Notes: generated from the sequence alone by a model not told the origin. Shown: positions 1 to 9,921, counted from the first letter of the stretch. The stretch is DNA of 32,368 nucleotides from Saprolegnia diclina VS20 (GCF_000281045.1 NW_008246071.1:1211144-1243511); one strand, 5' to 3'. Numbers and translations: made by a program.

Positions 1-188
1 CGTGACGTAGCTGTGATGTATTATCAAAACGGCTGTCCGGATACGCTCGCAAACGGACGCGACTTTATTGCGACTTTGTCAAGACGTTGTCAAGACGTTG
101 TCAAGACGTTGTCAAGACGTTGTCGCGACGTCGTCGTAACACTTTTGTAACACTGTCGCGACGTTGTTACGACATTGTTACGACGTTG
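1..188. repeat. Left arm of a long inverted repeat: unique ~75 bp outer part plus an 11-bp tandem array; may continue beyond the window start
   Basis: The reverse complement of 1-188 matches ~3793-4025 nearly perfectly apart from array copy number. TGTCAAGACGT occurs x4 at 77-120, followed by degenerate 11-mers (TGTCGCGACGT, TGTTACGACAT). Confidence 0.95.
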
Positions 189-2520
189 CCTCGGTTCCCG
201 ATTTTGTTGCGTGAGCCTTGGAATCCTTCATGCCTTGTAGTGTGGCCGCAGCGCTGAGTGAAAACGATCCCAACGCGGGCCTGCGCCACGACGCCCATGA
301 GGCCGCTGTAGCCAACAAGCGCGAGCCCACCGCCGTGGATCTCTGGTCCGCAGCAGTGAAGTGCTAGCGGGCTGGCGCATCACGGCGGGAGCTAGACCGC
401 GTGTCGAGGTGGTAGCGGGTAGACGCACCTTGGCGACATCGACCTCGAATGTTGTGGTATCGGGCGGGCTTGCGCATCTTCGCGGCAGCGGGCAGGCGGA
501 CCGTGGTTGCGGCATGCGTGAGGTCCGTGGCAGTGGCGCTCGGGCCGACAGTGGTGTGACGCTCGGGTGGCTCATGGCGGCGGTGCTCGGGCGTTTCATT
601 AGACATTGCCCAGTTCGCTTTGCCAAGCGTCAACACACATCATATACCCTTGGCTGTGCGCGACGCCTACTTGTGGTCGTCCAGCATTGTTTAGGAGATG
701 GAGTCAATACCCACGTCAACAGACCGAGAACTTCAATGCTGGAAGATGTACTCACAAGGGCTATAGACTGCACGCGCTAGAGTGGTGCATCGACCAAGCA
801 CCAACGCATATCACAGCACTGCAGAAGCCACCGCGTGGTGCGAACATCGTTGCCAGCGAATCTATTCGCAAGATTGGATGTAGTTGCTGCGAGGCCGGCT
901 TGTATGCTTGACTATCGCATTGCCACCCAGTGCTGCGTCTCGGCTAGACTCTGTCTCATGCATCGTTGAGATCTTTACTGCGGGCGCCGTATGTAGATGC
1001 GCGGCAGCTTTCCGCGGCGACTCGGGTTGCGCTTCCTACGGAGCAAAACGTCGCACCAGAGTTTGTGGCGCTGGTGGTTGTGAGTCTACCGGCCGGCGCC
1101 GCTTTTGATGCGGTCCATGAGCTTCTTGTTGAGCCTTCTTAGTATCGGGACCATGCTCTTGGCGTCGCGGCGCATCTCGGCCTTCTACAAGGTGCTCAGA
1201 GGCTGCACAACCTTGATCATACCGCCGGGTTGTCTTCGTGCCAAGGACAGCGCCTAGGCATGCAGTTCGTTTGCTCCTTCATGCGATCGCGGCGCGACAT
1301 ACTACGTGGCCGTCGACCGGCGGCTCGCTCATCGAGGGCTTGAGGCGTGAACGGTACTGGAAATGCCATCTGCATATGGAAAACGCCAGACGCTGTAGCA
1401 TTGTGGAGAACCTCTCGAAATACATGCGTTGCGGCGGGCTTGTCATTGGCAGCCGCGCCAATCGAATCCAAGCATTTGGATCTCCGTGTGGGGTCGACCC
1501 AACACCACCCAACTTTATACCGAGAGCCGTGTGCAAGGTTCCACGACTGCGTCAATGAGCATGCAGTCGGCGCCAAGAACTCTGCGGCCACCAATTCGAT
1601 TGGCCAGAGTGCGTTTGGTACGTCCACACGCAGCGAGTCAACTCGGCTCGAGACGATGCCCAACTCTTGAGACGCGTGTTTTTATCCACGTCCTATCGAG
1701 ATAAGTCGTTTGCCAATCAAACAAGCCGACGAGGTGTGGCGAGCTGAGCTGGTGCGGCGCAGAATGCGGACACACTAGTAGATCCGGCAATCAAATGCCA
1801 TCCAGCAGGCTGCGCGAGCGCTGCAGCAGGTACATCCGAGCCAGTGCGATGGAGAAACATCGACAATGCTTTTACCGTTTCCACGACCTTTCCCATGTAA
1901 AACCAGTTTCAGCAAATTGCTCATTTACGAGATTCTGGGGTCGAGCGCCGCAGTCCGAGTCCAAGGTTGGCTGAAGACCTTGGACCAGGTCGCAGGGCGA
2001 TGCCGTAAAGGTTACTGCGGCCGATTCGGCTGCTCACCTCGCCCGAGGTCTTGTCGTGTCGTGCGTAGGTAAAACGATCCAGACGACCGCATAACAAGAA
2101 GAACTCACCACATCGACGCCAAGCAGTTGCGGCCGAAGACAGTTGTCAACGAGTGTACGAGGCCCACAGCGGGCTGGCGCTGTGTCAACGTAGAAAAGCT
2201 GCCGCCGACAAGCCTACGGTATTTGACGATGGTCGTGATGGCGATCGTGGTTAGCGACACGCGCCGCAGCGTTCTTGAAGCGATCGTACTCTTCTCGGAG
2301 CATGAGCGCTGCACGGACGTGGTTTTCGTCCATGTCGACGGCATCCATGTCACGTGCCTCAGCATCGTACAAGAAGCCGCAAAGTCGGTTGCAGGCGGCG
2401 CACGAGCACTCGAAAAAGCGCCTCCAGCTGACTATATCGGCGTTGACATCTGCAAATATGGTGTTTCAAAACACAGGCGACGTCGATGTGCTACTGTAGG
2501 CCACACACGTTGTCGCTTCT

Positions 2521-2846
2521 AGAAGGCTACAGGTCGCCAGCGATGGTGTAGATCATAGTGCCAGCGTTATAGACTGCATCGTAGCGATGCAGAAGCCGCC
2601 CCGCTGCGCAAACGCCGCATTTAGCAAATAAATGCGAATAATTATGCAACATTTTATCTATCAGCTACAGTAGGAGGCCGTTGTCTATGCAATACTATCG
2701 CATTGGGTTTGCGTTCCCAAAAGTCAAAACCACAACTTGACGTTGGCAAGACGATGCCTGCCGCCGTGCACTAGTAGTCACTTTGGTGACATGGCGTTGC
2801 AGAGAGGTGTGACTTCGACGGCGTCAGGTACAGTGTTGGAGAAGGC
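2521..2846 (-). pseudogene. Decayed coding remnant of an unidentified multicopy family (copy A)
   Basis: Homologous in inverted orientation to 4276-4500. [18 protein letters not shown] vs AFSTTVHYLVKVTPLCNA differs by several third-position synonymous changes. Stops and frameshifts are present. Confidence 0.55.
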
Positions 2847-3059
2847 GGCACTGTCGTCTGCGCGTTGAGCGTCGTAATACCGGCGTTGGCAATGCTCACG
2901 GGCTGCTGCTCCATGACATACATATATTTCCGCTTGGTATTTGCACTCGAACATACAGAGTTCAACCTCGTGGATGGCCGTACGGTCGCCCTCCTCCATC
3001 TCGTCAAACTCGTCGATGCAGCAAAAGTCCATGTCGGCCAACACGAGCGCGCCGCCTTC
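2847..3059 (-). pseudogene. MCM7: MCM7 AAA+ core fragment (Walker B region), degenerate
   Basis: Reads [31 protein letters not shown][49-nt intron 2918-2966][21 protein letters not shown]. This matches the MCM7 signature [21 protein letters not shown]..[28 protein letters not shown] with substitutions at conserved sites. Confidence 0.9.
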
Positions 3060-3060
3060 A

Positions 3061-3150
3061 GAGTTTTTTTCAAGAGTTACGACTTTCGAGCATATTTCTC
3101 CAAAAGTTACGACCTGAGGCAAAATATTCAAAATAGTTACGACCTCGACC
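3061..3150. repeat. AT-rich 30-bp-period repeat (AGTTACGAC x3), possibly the end of a second inserted element
   Basis: AGTTACGAC occurs at 3075, 3105 and 3135. Composition switches abruptly at the MCM7 junction (~3060). Confidence 0.7.
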
Positions 3151-3225
3151 GGATTGGTAGAAATGCAGTCGAAAGCCAACGAATCAAGATGGTGGTCACG
3201 CAAATAGTGTTAAAAGTATCTTATG

Positions 3226-3553
3226 NNNNNNNNNNNNNNNNNNNNNNNNNNNNNNNNNNNNNNNNNNNNNNNNNNNNNNNNNNNNNNNNNNNNNNNNNNN
3301 NNNNNNNNNNNNNNNNNNNNNNNNNNNNNNNNNNNNNNNNNNNNNNNNNNNNNNNNNNNNNNNNNNNNNNNNNNNNNNNNNNNNNNNNNNNNNNNNNNNN
3401 NNNNNNNNNNNNNNNNNNNNNNNNNNNNNNNNNNNNNNNNNNNNNNNNNNNNNNNNNNNNNNNNNNNNNNNNNNNNNNNNNNNNNNNNNNNNNNNNNNNN
3501 NNNNNNNNNNNNNNNNNNNNNNNNNNNNNNNNNNNNNNNNNNNNNNNNNNNNN
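3226..3553. other. Assembly gap (N run)
   Basis: Run of n. Confidence 1.
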
Positions 3554-3619
3554 CTTCATGTCGACGGCCGACGGCGGGATCCTGATGCAGACGTTGACCA
3601 ACACTCGACGGGTCCGTCC

Positions 3620-3685
3620 GTGAATCTCGCTGCGGACCTTCATGCCTTCGTCCATGCGCTTGGTAACGCCGCCAATCACCAGCTC
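3620..3685 (-). pseudogene. MCM7: Short MCM7 fragment upstream of Walker A
   Basis: Reads ELVIGGVTKRMDEGMKVRSEIH, resembling MCM7 LLLVGGV....GMKIRGDIN. It has the same strand and order as the 2847-3059 fragment and abuts the right inverted repeat. Confidence 0.75.
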
Positions 3686-4025
3686 GACAATGTCGCGACA
3701 ACGTCACGACAGCGTCATAACAATGTTACAGCAACGTCGTAACAACAACGTCGCGACCACTGTCGCGACAACCGTCGCGACCACCGTCGCGACAACGTCG
3801 TAACAATGTCGTAACAACGTCGCGACAGTGTTACAAAAGTGTGACGACGACGTCGCGACAACGTCTTGACAACGTCTTGACGTCTTGACAACGTCTTGAC
3901 GTCTTGACAACGTCTTGACGTCTTGACAACGTCTTGACGTCTTGACAAAGAGTCGCAATAAAGTCGCGTCCGTTTGCGAGCGTATCCGGACAGCCGTTTT
4001 GATAATATATCACAGCTACGTCACG
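3686..4025. repeat. Right arm of the long inverted repeat with an expanded array
   Basis: Degenerate 11/12-mers at 3686-3860. Nine ACGTCTTG cores at 3861-3947 alternate as 11+8 bp (19-bp higher-order unit). The unique part at ~3950-4025 is the reverse complement of 1-75. Confidence 0.95.
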
Positions 4026-4275
4026 TCACGTTGACAATCTGCCACGTCATCTTGACAACAAAGTTGCTCGTCCTTCCAGAAGCGGTGTGTGTCATACTAG
4101 TAGCGCTGAACGAGAATCTTCGGAGGCGATGTTACGACGATGCCGACGCTGTTGAATGCGCAAAACTTTGCAATTTACACTTGCTTTGTTGCTGAGTCCT
4201 TCAAAGACGACCGACCAGAGAGACGTGTTGACGTGTCGGGTGACTCCAAGAACCATTGTGGAGCGTGCTTGGCAC

Positions 4276-4500
4276 TGCAGTTTGTCGACGCTAGCGCTAT
4301 CAGCTACAGCATCGCTCGCGCTCTGTAGCCTTCTCCACCACGGTGCACTACCTTGTCAAAGTGACGCCTCTCTGTAACGCTAATGCCACGAGGGTGAGAC
4401 TACAAGTACATCGTCTTGCAGAGATGCAGCAGTGGTTTTGACGTTTGGGGACGCAAACCCAAAGCGATAGTTGGCAATAGAGAACGGCGACATAGCTGAT
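4276..4500 (+). pseudogene. Decayed coding remnant, paralog of 2521-2846 (copy B)
   Basis: 4276-4334 matches rc(2521-2578) and 4328-4500 matches rc(2658-2846). The peptide VVLTFGDANPKR* corresponds to VVLTFGNANPMR* in copy A. Confidence 0.55.
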
Positions 4501-4664
4501 CTAATAAGGAAGCGCTGGGTCATCGAGCGATATGATCTGGTGGTCGACCATGGCTGTTGCGTCTTGTTCAGTGCTGAGGTTCTGTCTCTGCGCAGCGATA
4601 CCTGTCAGCACAAAACAATAATCCTCATTTGAATGGTGGAAGGTATTGAATTCGTGGGATTGAG

Positions 4665-6813
4665 TTATTCGCTCGTCTTGGTAAAGACAACAGCCCAGTT
4701 GGACTCGTCGTAGTATGAGTCGTTGATGGTAGCGTTGCCACTCATGCGAACAAGCCCATCGAGCTCGCCCTAGTTGAGGCATCCAAAATGATCCTACACT
4801 GCGCTCGGAAGTGCCTACCTCTGTAAACATGTGGCAGTAGCGCTGGACGACGATCGGCGCTTTGGATGGCGTCGTGTCGTCCTTGGCGAAGCGCTTATCT
4901 AGGTTCCACGGCACCATGCAGTCTTGCGTCGTCGCATCAAACGTCCGTCGCGACTCCTACTCGAGAACATTCACAGAACGTTTTTTCGCTCGTATGACCT
5001 CGGTTTGTTCTTTAGCCCAAGCGTAAATGACGCCTTGGCCGCCGACACGAAGGACGCGGAGAACCTCCTTGACAGCTTGGAGCCGGTGCTCAAACGTGCT
5101 AAGGTGGTGCAACACGGCAATCGAAATGGCCACGTCAAAGACGCCGGACCGCAGCGGCACGAGAAGCGCGTCGAGCACCATCACGTTCAAGTCGTGGGAT
5201 TTGCAGATCTTGACCAAGCTACTCGATCAACCTAGTGAACTCAAACCTTGGACACTGGACTCGCTACCTCTCACTGCGATCGCCACCGACGCACGCGCTC
5301 TGCGTAGGTGTCATGCACTTCATGTACTTGCCATTGCCGCAGCCTACCGTACATCGTCAACATTTCTATGGAGAGGAGGTCGAGATGGACCAATGTCGGC
5401 GAGGAGCGTGCCGGGGGCGAGCGAGCGCACAAAGGACTCGATGCGGGGCCAGGGCGAGTGCCGCGTCGCGCTGAAGTGGTCGGCGACCTTCTCGTAGAAC
5501 TCGTGGACGTAGAGCTTCTCGGTCTCTGTGGGGCACATTTTGGCGTCGGCGTCCAAAGCCGGGGCTTGAAGTCGCGAGTCGCACTGCTCCGGGAACGCAC
5601 ACGCGCACGGTGTCGTTTGCAGCTACGTCATTTCGCGTTAGTGGATTGACAGACTCTGTCCGACCTTGCGAAACGTGATCGAGACGCGCCGGCCGCGCGG
5701 CACTTTTTGACCGTCGATGACGTCAAAGAGGCGAGGCTGGACGCAGTGCGTCCACTGGTAGCGAGATGCGCCGTTCATAATGTAGAGCGACCGCGGCGCG
5801 AGGAGGAGGCTCTCGACGCGACCATCCGGATGGCGAAAGTCCATGACGCTGCCATGCCCAAGGCTAGGTAGATGATATCCAGTATCATGAGCTGTGGACA
5901 AGGCAGACGCGTACACGTCTACCTGAGAGTCGCGATCGAACCGGTGAAGGCCGAGTGGGTGTCGATGTGAGACGCAATGCCTTGCCCAGGGAGGTACTCG
6001 TTGGCTACCATTCGTGAGCCTTTCTGGTGCATACATGTAGACTGGCCGTACCAGTGATCTGGTCGGGCGTTCCGTCAAATGTGACTGGCATCTTGTTGAT
6101 GAGGCTCCGGCAAAACGGCGCCATGTTGGCGAGCGGCGTCGACTCGTCGCACTTTCTACCACGTCGTCGCTCGTGTGAGCAGAGGTCGTCCAAGACGAAA
6201 GGCCGTACTGCGTCTTGTAGTTGAACTCGTAACCAAAGTGCTGCACTTGGCGCGCGCGAATTGTGCGGCGCCACTCACCCTTGTCGAGCTCTTCAAGCAT
6301 GACCGCCTCGTCGGCCTCTGTGATAAAGTCCTTATACACAAGGAGGCCTGGCACAAACTGCGATGGGTCCGCGCCCATGCGCGCTCTCTCGAAGTTTGGC
6401 ACGCGCTTGAACGAGCACTCTTCTTCGTACGCCTTGCGCAGCATTGCAAACTCCATGTGAAAGGTCTTGCCGCCAATCGCCGCGACGACGACACCGTCCA
6501 GAGCGTCCTTGGCTGCGGCCGCGTCGTCAGCGGAGGCGAACTCAACAATCGCCGTCTTGCGCGAGCCCGTGCCCATGATGACTTGCTTGACCGTACCGTA
6601 TACCGAGAGAAGCTCGACAAGCGTCACGTCCGTGACCACGTGCTTCTTCCCGCGCTTGCTCCACGTCAACGAGAGGAACGGCGTCCGCGTCGCTCTCTGC
6701 TGCTGCTGCTGCGTGAGGCCAGAGACCTCGAGGCCAGACGCGACCTCGAGGTCCTCGAGGCCCGACTCGGTCGACGACGACGCCTTGAGAAAGTCCGCAA
6801 TCGTGAGCGCCAT
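4665..6813 (-). CDS. ALKBH8: ALKBH8-type tRNA wobble-uridine modifying enzyme (RRM + 2OG-Fe(II) AlkB + Zn site + Trm9 methyltransferase), multi-exon
   Basis: RRM (YGTVKQV..TAIVEF); AlkB (RQVQHFGYEFNY, ASHIDTH, RYQWTH, RRVSITFRK); CACAFPEQCD Zn motif; Trm9 (VHEFYEKVADHFSATRHSPWP, DIGCGNGKY, SIAVLHHLST, RYCHMF, YYDESNWAV). ATG at 6813, TAA at 4665-4667. Confidence 0.93.
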
Positions 6814-7023
6814 CGTCGTGGCACAAAAAAAGTGACTCGAAATCAAATCCAACCAAACTGCGCCAACGCCGTGATGCCATTGGTTATCTTTTTTCTGTGA
6901 TTTTGACCAATCCACGAGGCTCTTGGCATCTTGCAAAATAGTGTGTGATAGAAAAGAGCCTTTCATTTTGTAGGCTGTTAAGACCGACATCAAATTGTGT
7001 GAGTAAGTCTATTTCCGAACATG

Positions 7024-7039
7024 TTCAATCAAATTCAAA
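7024..7039 (-). promoter_or_regulatory. CHR-like element(s) TTTGAATTTGATTGAA ~25-40 bp upstream of the SPC24 ATG
   Basis: TTCAAA at 7034-7039. The same TTTGAATTT core lies upstream of the second kinetochore gene at 14487. Confidence 0.35.
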
Positions 7040-7064
7040 CTTGGACCTGGCAGAGACGAGCAGC

Positions 7065-7839
7065 ATGGTCATGGAAGGCGCTCCCGTCATGTCGTGGGAA
7101 GAGGCCAAGGCCATGTGCGAAGGAGTCGGCGACGTCTTCGCGAAGAACGCGGCCAAGGACCGCGACCGCCTCCTCAAGCTTCGGGATACGTTTGGCTCTA
7201 TCCGCGGGACCTTTGCCCAGCGCCAGGCCGCGGCTCGTCGCACCGTCGAAGGTAGCGTCCCATCTCTCTTCCTGCGTGGATACTACCTCTGTGCGTATAT
7301 ATAGAGGCGCTCGCCGAGATCCTCAGAATAGAGCAACATGAACAAGGTCGCGACAATAGCGCTGAGATGGCCCGGCGCCTCGACGAGCTCGCGCAGTCCA
7401 AGGCGCAACTCGAGGCTCAGCTGACCGGACTTCAGCAGAACCAAGTGGCGACGGAGACGCACATTGAAGAGCTCATCTTGCAGTACGAGCAAGCCCAGCG
7501 GCGATACATGGACGAGTGCGCGGCGCGCGAGAAGGACGTCCCCCGCCTCCGGTACGCGCCGCTGTCAACTGAGCAACTTTGCTGCATAGCGCTCGTAGGC
7601 AAAACATGGCTGTGTACGCGTCCATCACTGGCATCAAGTGGGACTTTTCTAGCGACCGCATCGCAGGCTGTAGGTCTTGACTCCTCCGAATCGTGTCGAC
7701 GACTTGTGATGTAGGTATTCACATCCCGGAACGCAAGCTGCTCTCGAATTTCGATCTGAGCCCGACGCAGTCGCCGTACGAGACAGCCAACGCGCTCTGG
7801 ACGATCATCGAGACTGCCCACGAGGCACCTCAGAAATAG
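7065..7839 (+). CDS. SPC24: Kinetochore Ndc80-complex subunit Spc24 (coiled coil + C-terminal RWD), 4 exons
   Basis: About 200 aa. A coiled coil is followed by VYASITGIKWDF..IAG..HIP....FDLSPTQSPYETANALWTII, matching the Spc24 RWD pattern. ATG 7065, TAG 7837-7839. Confidence 0.8.
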
Positions 7840-8386
7840 TTTATTCGACATCCACATATGCATTTGCACTTCCATGGCGCTCGAGCTCTTCTGGAAGCTC
7901 TGGATATCTTTCAGCATACGCAGCTCTTGCAGTGACCACTACAGTACGACCTAGAAAGCAGAGTCACATGCTGGGCGATGGGGCGACGCACATCGCAGTT
8001 AGGTCGCATGGAGTCTGGTTGAATGGGAAAGCTGTCGCTGCGTGAGCGTTGAAGCCGTTGTGAACTGCCAACATGACGAAGGTGCCTGTGTACATAAAGC
8101 CTTGCGCGAACCAACCAAGGTTAAAGAGGTCGACTCTTCGACGATACCAGTCAGGGAGCCAGATCATCGAACCAGCGCTGCCATCCAAGTTCCCGAAGGC
8201 CATCGTCGAAAAACCATCGGATGGAGCGCGAGAGACAAGCAGCGTCGGTCGGAGACGTTGTCGTCCCTTGTAGCTCTGGGACGAGACACCTTTGCGGTCT
8301 ACAAGACCACGAGCAATGACAATATTGCAATGTCGATCCGATCAGTGTCGCTGCAGATGGATGCACGCGCTTCAACGTTACCGTGC

Positions 8387-8410
8387 ATCCGGATGAGGAT
8401 CGTCCGGATA
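8387..8410. promoter_or_regulatory. Paired TCCGGA palindromic motif upstream of the acyltransferase gene
   Basis: ATCCGGAT at 8387-8394 and GTCCGGATA at 8402-8410; ATG at 8455. Confidence 0.55.
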
Positions 8411-8454
8411 CGAATGTAGCAACGCCGATTTCGGCAGTTTGGATTTGGATTCAG

Positions 8455-9921
8455 ATGTGGCGCCGGTCGTTGCCCATCGTGTCTAGCGCGCGTCGCCGCT
8501 GGCTCTCGACGCACATGAGCCGCAACAAGGGCGTGGCGAAGCTCCCGGGCCTCGACTTGACGCTCGGCGGCTCGCTCAGCGAAGTCTCGGTGACGTACGA
8601 GCAGTGGGGCGACCAGACGTTGCCGGACGAGCGCACGATCGTGATCTTCCCGTCCTTCTCGCACTCGTCTCACGTGGCGTCCAACCTCGACGACCCGCGC
8701 CCAGGCTGGTGGGAAAACATGGTCGGCCCCGGGAAGGCCATCAACACGTCCGTCTTCCGCGTCATTTGCGCCAGTGTCCTTGGCAGTCCGTACGGGTCGA
8801 CGTCGCCGCTGTCTATCAACCCGGCGACGGGCACGCACTACCGCGCGTCGTTTCCTCAGATCACGCCTGCAGACATGGTAGCCCCATCTTCATCTCGAAT
8901 CGTACCTCCTGCATCGAAATGCTAGGCGACCGTGCATCGCATGCTGCTCGATCACCTTGGGGTGCAAAAACCGCATGCCGTTGTCGGTGGCAGCATGGGC
9001 GGCATGCAGGTACATAATACGCATCTCAACCACGTAGTCAAATGGTCGCTTTGCCTAGGCGGTTCAATTCGCCTCGCTGTTTCCCGACCGCCTCAAGCGA
9101 CTCGTCGCGCTCTCGTGCACGTCGCAGACGACGCCGGGGACCGTGGCGTTCCGCCGCGTCCAGCGCCTCGCGATCCTCTCGGACCCTGCGTACAACGTAC
9201 GAGGCGCTTGCTTGCGATTGCGCAGCTCACGCTATGGCGTGTTAGGACGGCAATTACGAGTTTGGCGTCGGGCTCGCGGGCATGAAGGTCGCGCGAGAGC
9301 TTGGCATGACCTGCTATCGGTCGCGCGAAGAATTCGACACGCGCTTTGACTGGCAGCCCAGCGGTCCGCGCCACTTCAAGGAGCTCACGTTTGACGTCGA
9401 GTCGTACATGGACTATCAGGTAATAGTCGATCCTTGGACAGTCGGATTTGTTTCAACCGGGACGTAGGCCAACAAGTTTGCGCGCGTGTTCGACCCGAAC
9501 TGCTACCTCCTCCTTTCCAAGGCCATGGACCTCACCAACCTCGGGCACGGCTACCAAAACTTGGCCGAGGGCGTCGGCCGCATTGCCGCCGAGACCCTCA
9601 TCATTGGCGTCAAGCAAGATCTGCTCGTGCCCCTCAATGAGCAAAAGACGATCGTAAGCGACGAAGGGCGTGACCTCGAACTCATGCCGCGTAGGTCAAC
9701 ATCCTCGAGTCGTACGAGACGCCGGCGACGCTGTCCGTGATCGACTCCAAGTATGGCCACGACGCCATGTTCCATCCGCAGGTACCATGACCCAACGACG
9801 TCATCACCTTCCATCTCTGTTGTAGATGCAAAGCGTCGTCTTTGCGCCCATCATCTCGGACTTTCTCGAGCGCGACCTCCTCACGCTCGAGCACGAGCAC
9901 CAGCGCTACAGTAGCTTGTAA
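8455..9921 (+). CDS. MetX/Met2-family alpha/beta-hydrolase O-acyltransferase, probably Cys2-like serine O-succinyl/acetyltransferase, with mitochondrial presequence; multi-exon
   Basis: Motifs PGWWENMVGPGKAINT, LGSPYGSTSP, nucleophile GGSMGGMQ, CYRS, FDPNCYLLLSKAMD, QDLLVP and SKYGHDAMF. The N-terminus is Arg-rich (MWRRSLPIVSSARRRWLS). TAA at 9919-9921. Confidence 0.88.

Larger units (their letters stand above)
1..4025. mobile_element. Candidate non-autonomous TIR/foldback-like element carrying host gene fragments (Pack-type)
   Basis: Inward-facing inverted repeats with subterminal arrays enclose a mosaic of decayed coding pieces, including MCM7. No transposase is seen, and a TSD cannot be checked because the left end is at or beyond the window edge. 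Confidence 0.45.

Noticed and set aside
228..1108. Transposase or recombinase inside the inverted repeats
   Set aside because: No DDE, SWIM, tyrosine-recombinase or Rep/helicase motif could be recognised in the frames I read.
2745..2775. Helitron 3' end (CTAG at 2771-2774)
   Set aside because: There is only a 4-bp stem upstream, and the site lies inside a segment whose homology to 4328-4500 continues across it.
2865..3707. ORFs spanning the first N gap
   Set aside because: Artefacts of translating Ns.
3686..3947. Short repeat arrays as a CRISPR array
   Set aside because: Units are 8-12 bp and contiguous with no unique spacers, there are no cas genes, and the context is eukaryotic.
3704..4013. 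ORFs with SRRCQDVKTL repeats
   Set aside because: These are translations of the non-coding tandem array, open in several frames.
5824..5831. ATCCGGAT inside ALKBH8
   Set aside because: It lies within coding sequence (HPDG) and is treated as a chance occurrence.
6814..6993. N-terminal extension of ALKBH8 in the ORF track
   Set aside because: This is the AT-rich divergent promoter region with CCAAT boxes; ATG 6813 is the more plausible start.
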